Shown piece by piece: positions 49,201 to 60,561 of a stretch of DNA of 64,000 bases. The translations under genes were made by a program, and so were the position numbers. The notes beneath the pieces were generated by a model. It made no database searches. It was not told the origin of the DNA and was given only the letters and a program-made list of their open reading frames with translations. Position 1 is the first letter of the stretch; every line of letters begins with the position of its first letter. Origin of the DNA: Oikopleura dioica (taxonomy: Eukaryota > Animalia > Chordata); NCBI GenBank assembly GCA_907165135.1, contig OU015567.1:62001-126000 (forward strand). Reading direction: 5' to 3'.

Positions 49201-50654
49201 TGAATTGGGATATTTTTCTGTTTGAAATTGTTCACGAAATAAACAGTAGTCTACATACAGTACTCGGAACAACCCCATTTTGTGTAGAAACTGGTATAAA
49301 AAGCAGTCATCATTTTCAAGACCCTAATTGGCGAACATACGGAGATAAAATCGACGTTGATTTTGAGAAAATTCGTGCAAAAATTGAACAAGAAAAACAA
49401 AAAAGAATGAACAAATTTGATAATCCCCGGTTCAAAGAATATAATTTAGGCGATAAAGTTCTTATCAAAAATTTCCGCGAAAAATTCCCTCCATTTATTG
49501 GTCCTTATGAAGTTACGTTTAAATCCCCGAGTGGCCTGTGGTACACTGTTAAAAATGATAAGGACGAATTTCGGCGTCATGCAGAGCATATAAAAAGTTA
49601 TTCTCAGCGGAATTTAACTGATGAGACGAATAATGATGCTGAAAAATACCCCAAGATTGTGACAAAAGTACAAGAAAATGATCTCGAGCTTTTCGAATTT
49701 TTCTCCGAAGATTGTCTTTTTTCGAGGGATTTCCTTGGTCGGTTTGCGAAAAATTTCTCTACAGAAAAAGAATCGGAAATAGCGCATGAATCTTTATCCT
49801 CCGAAATGTCAGATCAGTCTTTACAATCGGAACCTTATCGGGAGCGGTCTAGTTCTTCTTCAGAACCAGATAATTTTTCATCCTCATCGACTCTTTTGAT
49901 AGAAATGCCATTACCAAAAATTTATCGAAATCAACAACCTGATTTGAATCAAGTAGGAAATGGATCAGACATTGTGCTTGATTCCGAGAAATCAAGTTCT
50001 GATTCTGAGCTCTCTGTTAATTTGACATCGTACGATAAATTTCCCGAAATTGATCCGTTAGTTGCTCTAAAACGTAGAAGGGAAAGATCTGATGATTCCG
50101 TTGTCGAGCGAAAAATTGCTAAATTTACAGTTGAAAATAATTTGGAAAACATGTCAATTTTAATTAAAATGGAAAATCATGATCTTGACTTTTTCGAACA
50201 TCTAAATGATAAATGGAAAAATACAGACGACATAGAGGAGACCTATGTTGAAAATGGCATATTTATCAAACTGAACGAATTAACAAGAGACTCTCTGTTA
50301 TTCATTCTTTTTAAAATGAATCAGGACTTTGATCTCGAGGAATCAAGGGCGAAACTTCAGATAAAAGTGAAGGAAACTATTCGTAGAGAGTATCCGAATT
50401 GGCGTAAATCGAGAAACGGACAACTTCTTTTTTTTGCGGTCTTTAGAGTGCAAAAAGAGCGAACGTTGTACGAACTAACTGTCCCCGAGCTAAAGACTGT
50501 TTGCGCTTTTTATGATTTACCCTGTAAATTTAAAAACTGTTCAAAGACAATCTTACAGGCATCTATCGAAACAGAATTGCTGAAAAAATTTCCAAATCAT
50601 CCGATGCGAAAAAATGTTCTTGTTTTTCTTCCAGACTTTGAAACTGAAATATGA
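46190..50654 (+). CDS. pol: Pol of A2 (pieces 46243-46767, 46876-48555, 48500-49138, 49098-50654)
   Basis: LVDSGS, YLDD, VLETDAS, HHCC/DDE, GPY. The IN-to-C-terminus piece is one 518-aa ORF. Confidence 0.93.
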
Positions 50655-51996
50655 AAAAGAAAGGCGAAAAAGATGCTCGTTTGCGACCCATGGAAGGTCA
50701 CAGTGATATCCTTAGGGAACAACGCCTCAAGCAACACAAAAAATTTATTTCACGGCCAAGTATTTACGTCAATTCGGTTCTACGTTGGTTTAAATTTGTC
50801 TTGTCAGCTTGGTATCACCAAATTGATCAGACATTTTTTCAAAAATCATTTCACGATATTCTTCTCAAAATGAAAAGATGGTCAGTTTTTACGAGCCAGA
50901 TTGACCCAAAATTGTCTTATCATCATGTCATCTCTTTACGATTTCTATTTTTATCATTGGAATGCTCATATGCTCTCATCATAATCAACGGGTCGGAAAC
51001 TAATTAAGGGTTTATTCAGTCTAGGATTAATGTGTATGTACGCATACTTTGGAAGAAATCTTAATTCGTTTCTGACTATTCTAGTGCGATCTGACGTCAA
51101 TTCATCAAAAATATGCAATTCGCAAAACCGCATGTTTAATCTATTTATTGATATTTCTTATCATTGCTTTGCGATTTTAAAGTTCGATTATTGACAGTAC
51201 ATACGATTCAAAGTCTACAACAGAACAGCCGTCAACACCTTCTTCAACAACAACAACTCCAACGAGCAGATAAACCGTCGTATCATCTCGGTGCCGTGGG
51301 GTCGGACAAACTCTCTGTCAGTGCGTCCGCTTGTCGCAAACTAGCTCATCCGTAAGAGAAGATACGGTGCGAACCGCGACAGTAACTTCCCCCGGGTATG
51401 TTCCTTGGAATTTGCTTCTTCTATGATTTCAATTTTGATAAATTTATTTTATAAAATCCTGACCAAATTTTATTCAATTTATTTGTTAAAATTTTGTATA
51501 TATTCTTTTACTTTTCTCATCCTTTATTTATTTCAATCATAATTAACAGTCACTTCTACGGTCACATAGTGAGAAGTTTAAGTGGCTGTTATTATTTTCT
51601 GCTTTTTATTATGAAAAAATAATTAATTTGCGTTTTATCTCGTCACGCGCGGCGCCGGCTCCCGAAACCTTTGAAAATAACTTGCTTGGCAAGTTCGACC
51701 AGCTCCTCTTCCGAAAAGAAATCGATCCGAAAGGATTTCCCGCAAGAAAAACCGCTAAAAGAAGCTACGGGCTCTCTTCCTTGTTTTCGAAAGAAAAATT
51801 GTTTTTCAAAAACAACCGCTTGTTCAAAAACACTGATCGAATCTCGCTGCTATTTAACCCCGCGTCGCGCCTTTTTCCGTCATTCAAATCACAAATAAAA
51901 CCACGCAAATTTTAAATTTGATTCTCGTTGTTTTGGCTTGGCATTCTAGAGTTAGAGATCGAGCAAAATTCTTGCAGGACAGCCGCTTCCGTATCA

Positions 51997-54900
51997 ATTC
52001 ATGATAACGATGACCATCGAAAAAAAAATTTTTTTTTTGATTTTTTTTCTGTTGGGTTTGAGAGGCTCAGAATCAACCAAAATGACGCTCGGAAGACGTC
52101 AGAAACGCTGCAAATAAAATAAGGGCAAAAAACGAAATTTCAAAATTTTGACCTCGTTTTTGGGCGATTCATGATAACGATGACCATCGAAAAAAATTTT
52201 TTTGAATTTTTTTTCTGTTGGGTTTGAGAGGCTCAGAATCAACCAAAATGACGCTCGGAAGACGGCAGAAACGCTGCAAATAAAATTAGAGCAAAAACGA
52301 ATTTTCAAAATTTTGACCTCGTTTTTGGGCGATTTATGATAACGATGACCATCGAAAAAATTTTTTTGAATTTTTTTCTGTTGGGTTTGAGAGGCTCAGA
52401 ATCAACCAAAATGACGCTTGGAAGACGACAGAAACGCTGCAAATAAAATTAGAGCAAAAACGAATTTTCAAAATTTTGACCTCATTTTTGGGCGATTCAT
52501 GATAACGATGACCATCGAAAAATTTTTTTGAATTTTTTCTGTTGGGTTTGAGAGGCTCAGAATCGACCAAAATGACGCTCGGTAGACGACAGAAACGCTG
52601 CAAATAAAATTAGAGCAAAAACGAATTTTCAAAATTTTGACCTCATTTTTGGGCAATTCATGATAATGATGACCATCGAAAAAATTTTTTTGATTTTTTT
52701 TTCTGTTGGGTTTGAGAGGCTCACAATCAACCAAAATGACGCTCGGAAGACGACAGAAACGCTGCAAATAAAATTAGGGCAAAAACGAACTTTCAAAATT
52801 TTGACCTCGTTTTTGGGCGATTCATGATAACGATGACCATCGAAAAATATTTTTTGGGTTTTTTTCTGTTGGGTTTGAGAGGCTCAGAATCAACCAAAAT
52901 GACGCTCGGAAGACGGCAGAAACGCTGCAAATAAAATTAGGGCAAAAACGAAATTTCAAAATTTTGACCTCGTTTTTGGGCGATTCATGATAACGATGAC
53001 CATCGAAAAAATTTTTTTTTGAATTTTTTCTGTTGGGTTTGAGAGGCTCAGAATCAACCAAAATGACGCTCGGAAGACGACAAAAACGCTGCAAATAAAA
53101 TTAGAGCAAAAACGAATTTTCAAAATTTTGACCTCATTTTTGGGCGATTCATGATAACGATGACCATCGAAAAAAATTTTTTTGATTTTTTTCTGTTGGG
53201 TTTGAGAGGCTCAGAATCAACCAAAATGACGCTCGGAAGACGTCAGAAACGCTGCAAATAAAATAAGGGCAAAAAACGAAATTTCAAAATTTTGACCTCG
53301 TTTTTGGGCGATTCATGATAACGATGACCATCGAAAAAATTTTTTTGAATTTTTTCTGTTGGGTTTGAGAGGCTCAGAATCAACCAAAATGACGCTCGGA
53401 AGACGGCAGAAACGCTGCAAATAAAATTAGAGCAAAAACGAATTTTCAAAATTTTGACCTCGTTTTTGGGCGATTCATGATAACGATGACCATCGAAAAA
53501 TTTTTTTGAATTTTTTTCTGTTGGGTTTGAGAGGCTCAGAATCGACCAAAATGACGCTCGGAAGACGACAGAAACGCTGCAAATAAAATTAGAGCAAAAA
53601 CGAATTTTCAAAATTTTGACCTCATTTTTGGGCAATTCATGATAATGATGACCATCGAAAAAAAATTTTTTTTTTGATTTTTTTTTCTGTTGGGTTTGAG
53701 AGGCTCAGAATCAACCAAAATGACGCTCGGAAGACGACAGAAACGCTGCAAATAAAATTAGGGCAAAAAACGAACTTTCAAAATTTTGACCTCGTTTTTG
53801 GGCGATTTATGATAACGATGACCATCGAAAAAAAAATTTTTTTTTTGATTTTTTTTCTGTTGGGTTTGAGAGGCTCAGAATCAACCAAAATGACGCTCGG
53901 AAGACGTCAGTAACGCTGCAAATAAAATAAGGGCAAAAACGAAATTTCAAAATTTTGACCTCGTTTTTGGGCGATTCATGATAACGATGACCATCGAAAA
54001 ATTTTTTTGATTTTTTCTGTTGGGTTTGAGAGGCTCAGAATCAACCAAAATGACGCTCGGAAGACGTCAGAAACGCTGCAAATAAAATAAGGGCAAAAAA
54101 CGAAATTTCAAAATTTTGACCTCGTTTTTGGGCGATTCATGATAACGATGACCATTAAAAAAAATTTTTTTTTTTTTGAATTTTTTTTCTGTTGGGTTTG
54201 AGAGGCTCAGAATCAACCAAAATGACGCTCGGAAGACGTCAGAAACGCTGCAAATAAAATAAGGGCAAAAACGAAATTTCAAAATTTTGACCTCGTTTTT
54301 GGGCGATTTATGATAACGATGACCATCGAAAAAAAAATTTTTTTTTTGAATTTTTTCTGTTGGGTCTGAGAGGCTCAGAATCAACCAAAATGACGCTTGG
54401 AAGACGACAGAAACGCTGCAAATAAAATTAGAGCAAAAAACGAATTTTCAAAATTTTGACCTCATTTTTGGCGATTCATGATAACGATGACCATCGAAAA
54501 AAAAATTATTTTTTTGATTTTTTTTCTGTTGGGTTTGAGAGGCTCAGAATCAACCAAAATGACGCTCGGAAGACGTCAGAAACGCTGCAAATAAAATTAG
54601 GGCAAAAAACGTTTTCAAAATTTTGACCTCGTTTTTTTGCGATTCATGATAACGATGACCATCGAAAAAAATTTTTTTGAATTTTTTCTGTTGGGTTTGA
54701 GAGGCTCAGAATAAACCAAAATGACGCTCGGAAGACGGCAGAAACGCTGCAAATTAAATTAGAGCAAAAACGAACTTTCAAAATTTTGACCTCGTTTTTG
54801 GGCGATTCATGATAACGATGACCATCGAAAAAAATTTTTTTTTGAATTTTTTCTGTTGGGTTTGAGAGGCTCAGAATCAACCAAAATGACACTCGGGAGA

Positions 54901-56655
54901 CGGCAGAAACGCTGCAAATAAAATAAGGGCAAAAACGAATTTTCAAAATTTTGACCTCGTTTTTAGGCGATTCATGATAACGATGACCATCGAAAAAAAT
55001 TTTTTTGAATTTTTTCTGTTTGGTTTGAGAGGCTCAGAATCAACCAAAATGACGCTTGGAAGACGGCAGAAACGCTGCAAATAAAATTAGGGCAAAAACG
55101 TATTTTCAAAATTTTGACCTCGTTTTTGGGCGATTCATGATAACGATGACCATCGAAAAATTTTTTTGAATTTTTTCTGTTGGGTTTGAGAGGCTCAGAA
55201 TCAACCAAAATGACGCTCGGAAGACGGCAGAAACGCTGCAAATAAAATAAGGGCAAAAAACGAATTTTCAAAATTTTGACCTCGTTTTTGGGCGATTCAT
55301 GATAACGATGACCATCGAAAAAAAAATTTTTTTTTTGAATTTTTTTTCTGTTGGGTTTGAGAGGCCCAGAATCAACCAAAATGACGCTCGGAAGACGGCA
55401 GAAACGCTGCAAATAAAATTAGGGCAAAAAACGAACTTTCAAAATTTTGACCTCGTTTTTGGGCGATTCATGATAACGATGACCATCGAAAAAAAAATTT
55501 TTTTTTTGAATTTTTTTTCTGTTGGGTTTGAGAGGCTCAGAATCGACCAAAATGACGCTCGGAAGACGACAAAAACGCTGCAAATAAAATTAGAGCAAAA
55601 ACGAATTTTCAAAATTTTGACCTCATCTTTGGGCAATTCATGATAACGATGACCATCGAAAAAAATTTTTTTGAATTTTTTCTGTTGGGTTTGAGAGGCT
55701 CAGAATCAACCAAAATGACGCTCGGAAGACGGCAGAAACGCTGCAAATAAAATAAGGGCAAAAAACGAATTTTCAAAATTTTGACCTCGTTTTTGGGCGA
55801 TTCATGATAACGATGACCAACGAAAAAAAATTTTTTTTTTGAATTTTTTTCTGTTGGGTTTGAGAGGCTCAGAATCAACCAAAATGACGCTCGGAAGACG
55901 GCAGAAACGCTGCAAATAAAATAAGGGCAAAAAACAAACTTTCAAAATTTTGACCTCGTTTTTGGGCGATTCATGATAACGATGACCATCGAAAAAAAAA
56001 TTTTTTTTTTGAATTTTTTTTCTGTTGGGTTTGAGAGGCTCAGAATCAACCAAAATGACGCTCGGAAGACGGCAGAAACGCTGCAAATAAAATAAGGGCA
56101 AAAACGAACTTTCAAAATTTTGACCTCGTTTTTGGGCGATTTATGATAACGATGACCATCGAAAAAAATTTTTTTGAATTTTTTCTGTTGGGTTTGAGAG
56201 GCTCAGAATCAACCAAAATGACGCTCGGAAGACGGCAGAAACGCTGCAAATAAAATAAGGGCAAAAACAAACTTTCAAAATTTTGACCTCGTTTTTGGGC
56301 GATTTATGATAACGATGACCATCGAAAAAAAAATTTTTTTTTTTTGAATTTTTTTTTCTGTTAGGTTTGAGAGGCTCAGAATCAACCAAAATGACGCTCG
56401 GAAGACGGCAGAAACGCTGCAAATAAAATTAGGGCAAAAAACGAACTTTCAAAATTTTGACCTCGTTTTTGGGCGATTCATGATAACGATGACCATCGAA
56501 AAAAATATTTTTTTTTGGGTTTTTTTTCTGTTGGGTTTGAGAGGCTCAGAATCAACCAAAATGACGCTCGGAAGACGGCAGAAACGCTGCAAATAAAATT
56601 AGGGCAAAAACGAACTTTCAAAATTTTGACCTCGTTTTTGGGCGATTCATGATAA
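51997..56655 (+). repeat. ~165-bp satellite, block 8 (terminal, ~28 monomers, uninterrupted)
   Basis: Same monomer, ends at ATTCATGATAA. Confidence 0.98.
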
Positions 56656-57343
56656 GTTCGGGTCGGCTTGGCCCCTGCCCTGACTGAATTCAAAAACGGG
56701 GCTGGCCTTCCCTTCGGGTCGGCTTGGCTTCTTCCCTGACTGAATTCAAAAACGGGGCTGGCCTCCCCTTCGGGTCGGCTTGGCCCCTTCTCTGACTGAA
56801 TTCAAAAAACGGGGCTGGCCTCCCCTTCGGGTCGGCTTGGCCCCTTCTCTGACTGAATTCAAAAAACGGGGCTGGCCTCCCCATCGGGTCGGCTTGGCCC
56901 CTTCCCTTACTGAATTCAAAAAACGGGGCTAGCCTCCCCTTCGGGTCGGCTTGGCCCCTACCCTGACTGAATTCAAAAAACGGGGCTGGCCTTCCCTTCG
57001 GGTCGGCTTGGCCCCTTCCCTGACTGAATTCAAAAAACGGGGCTGGCCTCCCCTTTGGGTCGGCTTGGCCCCTTCCCTGACTGAATTCAAAAACGGGGCT
57101 GGCCTCCCCTTTGGGTCGGCTTGGCCCCTTCCCTGACTGAATTCAAAAACGGGGCTGGCCTCCCTTCGGGTCGGCTTGGCCCTTTCTCTGACTTAATTCA
57201 AAAACGGGGCTGGCCTCCCTTTGGGTCGGCTTGGCCCCTTCCCTGACTGAATTCAAAAACGGGGCTGGCCTCCCTTCGGGTCGGCTTGGCCCCTTCTCTG
57301 ACTGAATTAAAAACGGGGCTGGCCTCCCCTTCGGGTCGGCTTG
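56656..57343 (+). repeat. 56-57-bp GC-rich tandem repeat, ~12 copies
   Basis: Unit TTCGGGTCGGCTTGGCCCCTTCCCTGACTGAATTCAAAAAACGGGGCTGGCCTCCCC starting at 56657, 56713, 56769, 56826 and so on. Confidence 0.96.
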
Positions 57344-57394
57344 TTCAAAAATGTGGCTTTTCAAAATTTGGGCCATCAATTTCGTTTGTACAAT

Positions 57395-57625
57395 TTAAGA
57401 CCCCTGGTCCAAACACAATGTAAAATAATCATTCGTCTGTATGAAATGTTCAAGATGAGCCTTCAATATTGCTGGCAGCGCTCCTTGTAAGTCCCGTATA
57501 TATGTTCTTTGGGGTACAGTTAGCTTCTGAGAATCACTTTCTCCATTTTTAAGGCAAGGGAAGAAATTAAAGGCGTTTTCAAAAAAGGCAACGATCTCAG
57601 TAGGTCTGTAGCCTTCGCTGTACAT
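57395..57625 (-). pseudogene. Possible exon or degenerate coding fragment (ends DYFTLCLDQGS*)
   Basis: 76-aa ORF with protein-like composition. Weak resemblance to the YFSL.LDES segment of hAT-type transposases, unverified. Confidence 0.25.
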
Positions 57626-57816
57626 TTCCAGTATCTGAGCAAGAGTTTTAACTTATTTTAGGGATTTTATAATTCGCTTTTTCAAAGAAAATTACAAAAA
57701 TTAAAATTAACCATATAATCGGAAAAATCGATTTTATGCGAAATCCCTTGCTGGATAAGTATTTTGATTATGCGTCTGTTGTTGCTGCTCTGTGCATGAA
57801 GAAAGATCGAGTCGAG

Positions 57817-58295
57817 TCATTTGAAACAGCTTGGTTGAAGAAACGCATTGATTTTTTGAGAAGAAATCAGGGAATCATCATTCTCAAATTCTCCATCATT
57901 GTTGTCGTCTTCATTGTAAGAGATTGATCTATCTCTTTTTCTCAATTTTGTAGCTGTAAGGTGTCCGTTATCGCTGCTTTCTCTTTCACGTTTCCGTTTA
58001 TTTTTATTTCTCGCGCTTGGGGGGCGAGCTGGGGTTCCTTGTCGAGATGTTCCTTGACTAGGTGTTTTTTGGCTAGAAGCTGGTCGTGAAGGGGTATTTT
58101 CTTTGTTATTAGGTGTACCAAAGCCACCAGAACTCGTTTCAGGAGAAGCAATTTGATCTCGTTGGCGATCGAAATCGTTCACAGCTTGCGCAATCGATTG
58201 AGTTTGCTGATTCGAAAGAACTCTTTCGCGAAGTGGCGAGCGGAAGTCAAGAGCGCGATTGACGTTCTTTTGGCTTTGAGCTGGGACATTTTCTT
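57817..58295 (-). CDS. Exon-like frame encoding a low-complexity S/P/T-rich segment with basic NLS-like KRKRERE
   Basis: The frame stays open upstream of the listed ORF to a TTTTTTCAG acceptor-like site near 58296. Confidence 0.4.
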
Positions 58296-59108
58296 GCTGA
58301 AAAAATGATAGACAAAAATTAGAAATTAAAGCTACCCATCCAGAGGGAAATATTCCCTTTCGACCAAAGAAAGTTCGAAAACCTCTCGGGTAATGCCTAG
58401 GATTGCACGTTTCATCAAGATTTCTTATCAGACTGATTCTTAAGGAAAATGTTTATATTAATTAACATGAGAAGAAATACCTGTCAAGAACACACCACTC
58501 CCTTTCCATTTGAGACCAAACAAGATGATGCCTCGAGGAATCCAAAAGAAAAGCCTTTATAGTATTGTAGATATGACGGTTTCTCTGCAAGGCAGTTTTA
58601 TACGCGATTCTACTCTCTAGTATCTCCTCAAGTTTTATTTGGGAATTGATTTTCGGCAAGTCCGAGAGTGTAAGTAGCAAACACTTATTCTCATTTGTTT
58701 TCTGAAAAACACCATCGACAGTAAGTAAAAATAAAGAAAGATTCGTTTCATTTTGTGTTTAAACGAATTGAGGATCGTATTTATAGGGAAGATTTATTTA
58801 ATTATTGTCATAAGATAGTCTTAATGATCATACGATCAATTCTGGATCCCGAGAATGTCTAATTTACATCAATAAGACGGGTTGTCTGTAGTTATTATTT
58901 CAATATTTTCAGACATTAGCTGTCTAAAGTGTCAACTTTGTCTCCAAAAACAAGCAAAGTCAAACGTCTAAAATTTTTTATGAATACCGTAAATAACTTT
59001 AATATATTCATCATTTCCAAGCAAAATAAACTTTCCTAAAGACTTGTTGGTTTGATCTTATGAAAAAGTCATTGAATCAAGTATATTCGTTCTTACATCT
59101 GCTTAAAA

Positions 59109-59362
59109 GATTCCTTATAGGTAGAGAAGCGTTTTGATATACATATTTCAGCATTTTGTTTATATAAAGTGCGTGAACCGCCTTGAACCGCTGTGAACCG
59201 GGCGGTCAACCAAGCGGTTCGGTTTGAAAACCTGTTGAAATGATTCCTTTAGAGTAGAGAAGCGTTTTGATATACATATTTAAGCATTTTGTTAATATAA
59301 AGTGCGTGAACCGCCTTGAACCGCTGTGAACCGGGCGGTCAACCAAGCGGTTTGGTTTGAAA
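59109..59362 (+). repeat. Local ~133-bp tandem duplication rich in GAACCG
   Basis: GTAGAGAAGCGTTTTGATATACATATTT...GCGTGAACCGCCTTGAACCGCTGTGAACCGGGCGG at 59121 and 59254. Confidence 0.85.
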
Positions 59363-59898
59363 ATATGTTTAAACGACTTGTTTTTGAAAAATATGCATTT
59401 CGATATACATATTGCCGGATCTCGACCCTTCTAAAGGCTTGAACCGCGACGAACCGCCAGAATGACCAGCTGGTTCATAAAATACCACCTCGATGAATTC
59501 AGTGATTCATAAGCTTCAAGAAAAGCTATAGATCGTAATCATAGCACGCCTAGATCAAAAGTTGAAATTCTTGAATTTTCGTATTTGGTAGTTTCAGTCA
59601 ACTTTGTGGCGCTAGAAAATCTCCGAGGATCCCCGGATCATAAATTTTTTCAGTTAGGAGAAGGATAGACACTCAACTATCATAAATTGAAGTTTTAGCA
59701 AAATCGATATGTGCGATGGCTGCTAAAAGTCGCTTTAGCTGACATTAGTGCATTTTTTCTCATCAAAAATCGACGAAAAAGGAGCTCAAAATTGAAGCTT
59801 TGAAAAATCTGCTAGTGCAGTTTTTTCTTGTTTGGTCTGACCGATGTAACTCATAAATGGCGCGCAAAAGTACTCAAGGATGAAGAAAATCGATTTAA

Positions 59899-60561
59899 GC
59901 CGCGATAAGCCTAAATATTACTCATATAGACGGTAATAATAACACTGTCATAACAAACCACACTCAAAAATCAATCGATGGTAAAATTGATGAAGAAGAC
60001 GCCGAGCTTACAGATGAACATGAGGACTGCGAGAATTTTGACAATAATCTTGTTAGTCACGGAAACTGTATCACTCAAAATGACGAGAAACAAGTCGTCA
60101 TCGATGAGAAGACTTGTAAAGAAGACGTTAAGTTAACTGATAAGCTTAACACCAGCCAGAATAATGGCAATGATCATGATAATAATGAAAACACCTTCAT
60201 TCAAGATGACGAGGAACAAGTCACCATCGATAAGAAAACTGACAGAGAAGACGTTAAGTTAACTGATAAGCGTAACACCCGCCAGAATTATGGCAATGAT
60301 CATGATGTTAATGGAAACACCCTCGTTCAAGATGACGAGGAACAAGTCAGAATTGATAAGAAAACTGATAGAGAAATCGTCGACTCAATTAATGACCGTG
60401 GAGACTGCGAGAAAACTGACAATGTTATTAGCGGAAACTCTGTCAGTCAAAAGAAATTTAAACAGGACTCCGTCGATGAGAAAACTGACAAAGAAGATGT
60501 CAAGTCAACTGATGACAATGATCCTGATGATATCCCAAGTTGTTTCTGTGCGTTGTTATGA
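59899..60561 (+). CDS. Met-less 220-codon open frame, Asp/Glu/Asn-rich, with 42-aa internal repeats (probable exon)
   Basis: Stop-free between TAA 59896-59898 and TGA 60559-60561. 126-bp units begin at 60076, 60202, 60328 (Q.DE.QV.ID.KT..EDVKLTDK). Confidence 0.45.
   Translation, partial: AAISLNITHIDGNNNTVITNHTQKSIDGKIDEEDAELTDEHEDCENFDNNLVSHGNCITQNDEKQVVIDEKTCKEDVKLTDKLNTSQNNGNDHDNNENTFIQDDEEQVTIDKKTDREDVKLTDKRNTRQNYGNDHDVNGNTLVQDDEEQVRIDKKTDREIVDSINDRGDCEKTDNVISGNSVSQKKFKQDSVDEKTDKEDVKSTDDNDPDDIPSCFCALL

Larger units (their letters stand above)
43812..51996 (+). mobile_element. Full-length Ty3/gypsy element A2
   Basis: LTRs 43812-45102 and 50704-51996. PBS TGGTGACCCC at 45103-45112. TSD ATTCA at 43807-43811 and 51997-52001. 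Confidence 0.97.

Noticed and set aside
1-56655. CRISPR-like or prokaryotic repeat array
   Set aside because: Contiguous ~165-bp monomers with no unique spacers, no cas genes, and a eukaryotic retroelement context.
354-56693. Dozens of ORFs like MQRFCRLPSVILVDSEPLKPNRKK... and MITMTIEKK...
   Set aside because: They are translations of the satellite monomer; length depends only on homopolymer phase.
56656-57343. 57-bp repeat as CRISPR array or coding repeat (MGRPAPFFEFSQRRG...)
   Set aside because: No spacers, and unit length varies by single bases so no frame is maintained.
57985-58010. KRKRERESS matching RKRERESS in the integrase linker of element C
   Set aside because: Short basic low-complexity motif with no flanking similarity; most likely convergent NLS-like sequence.
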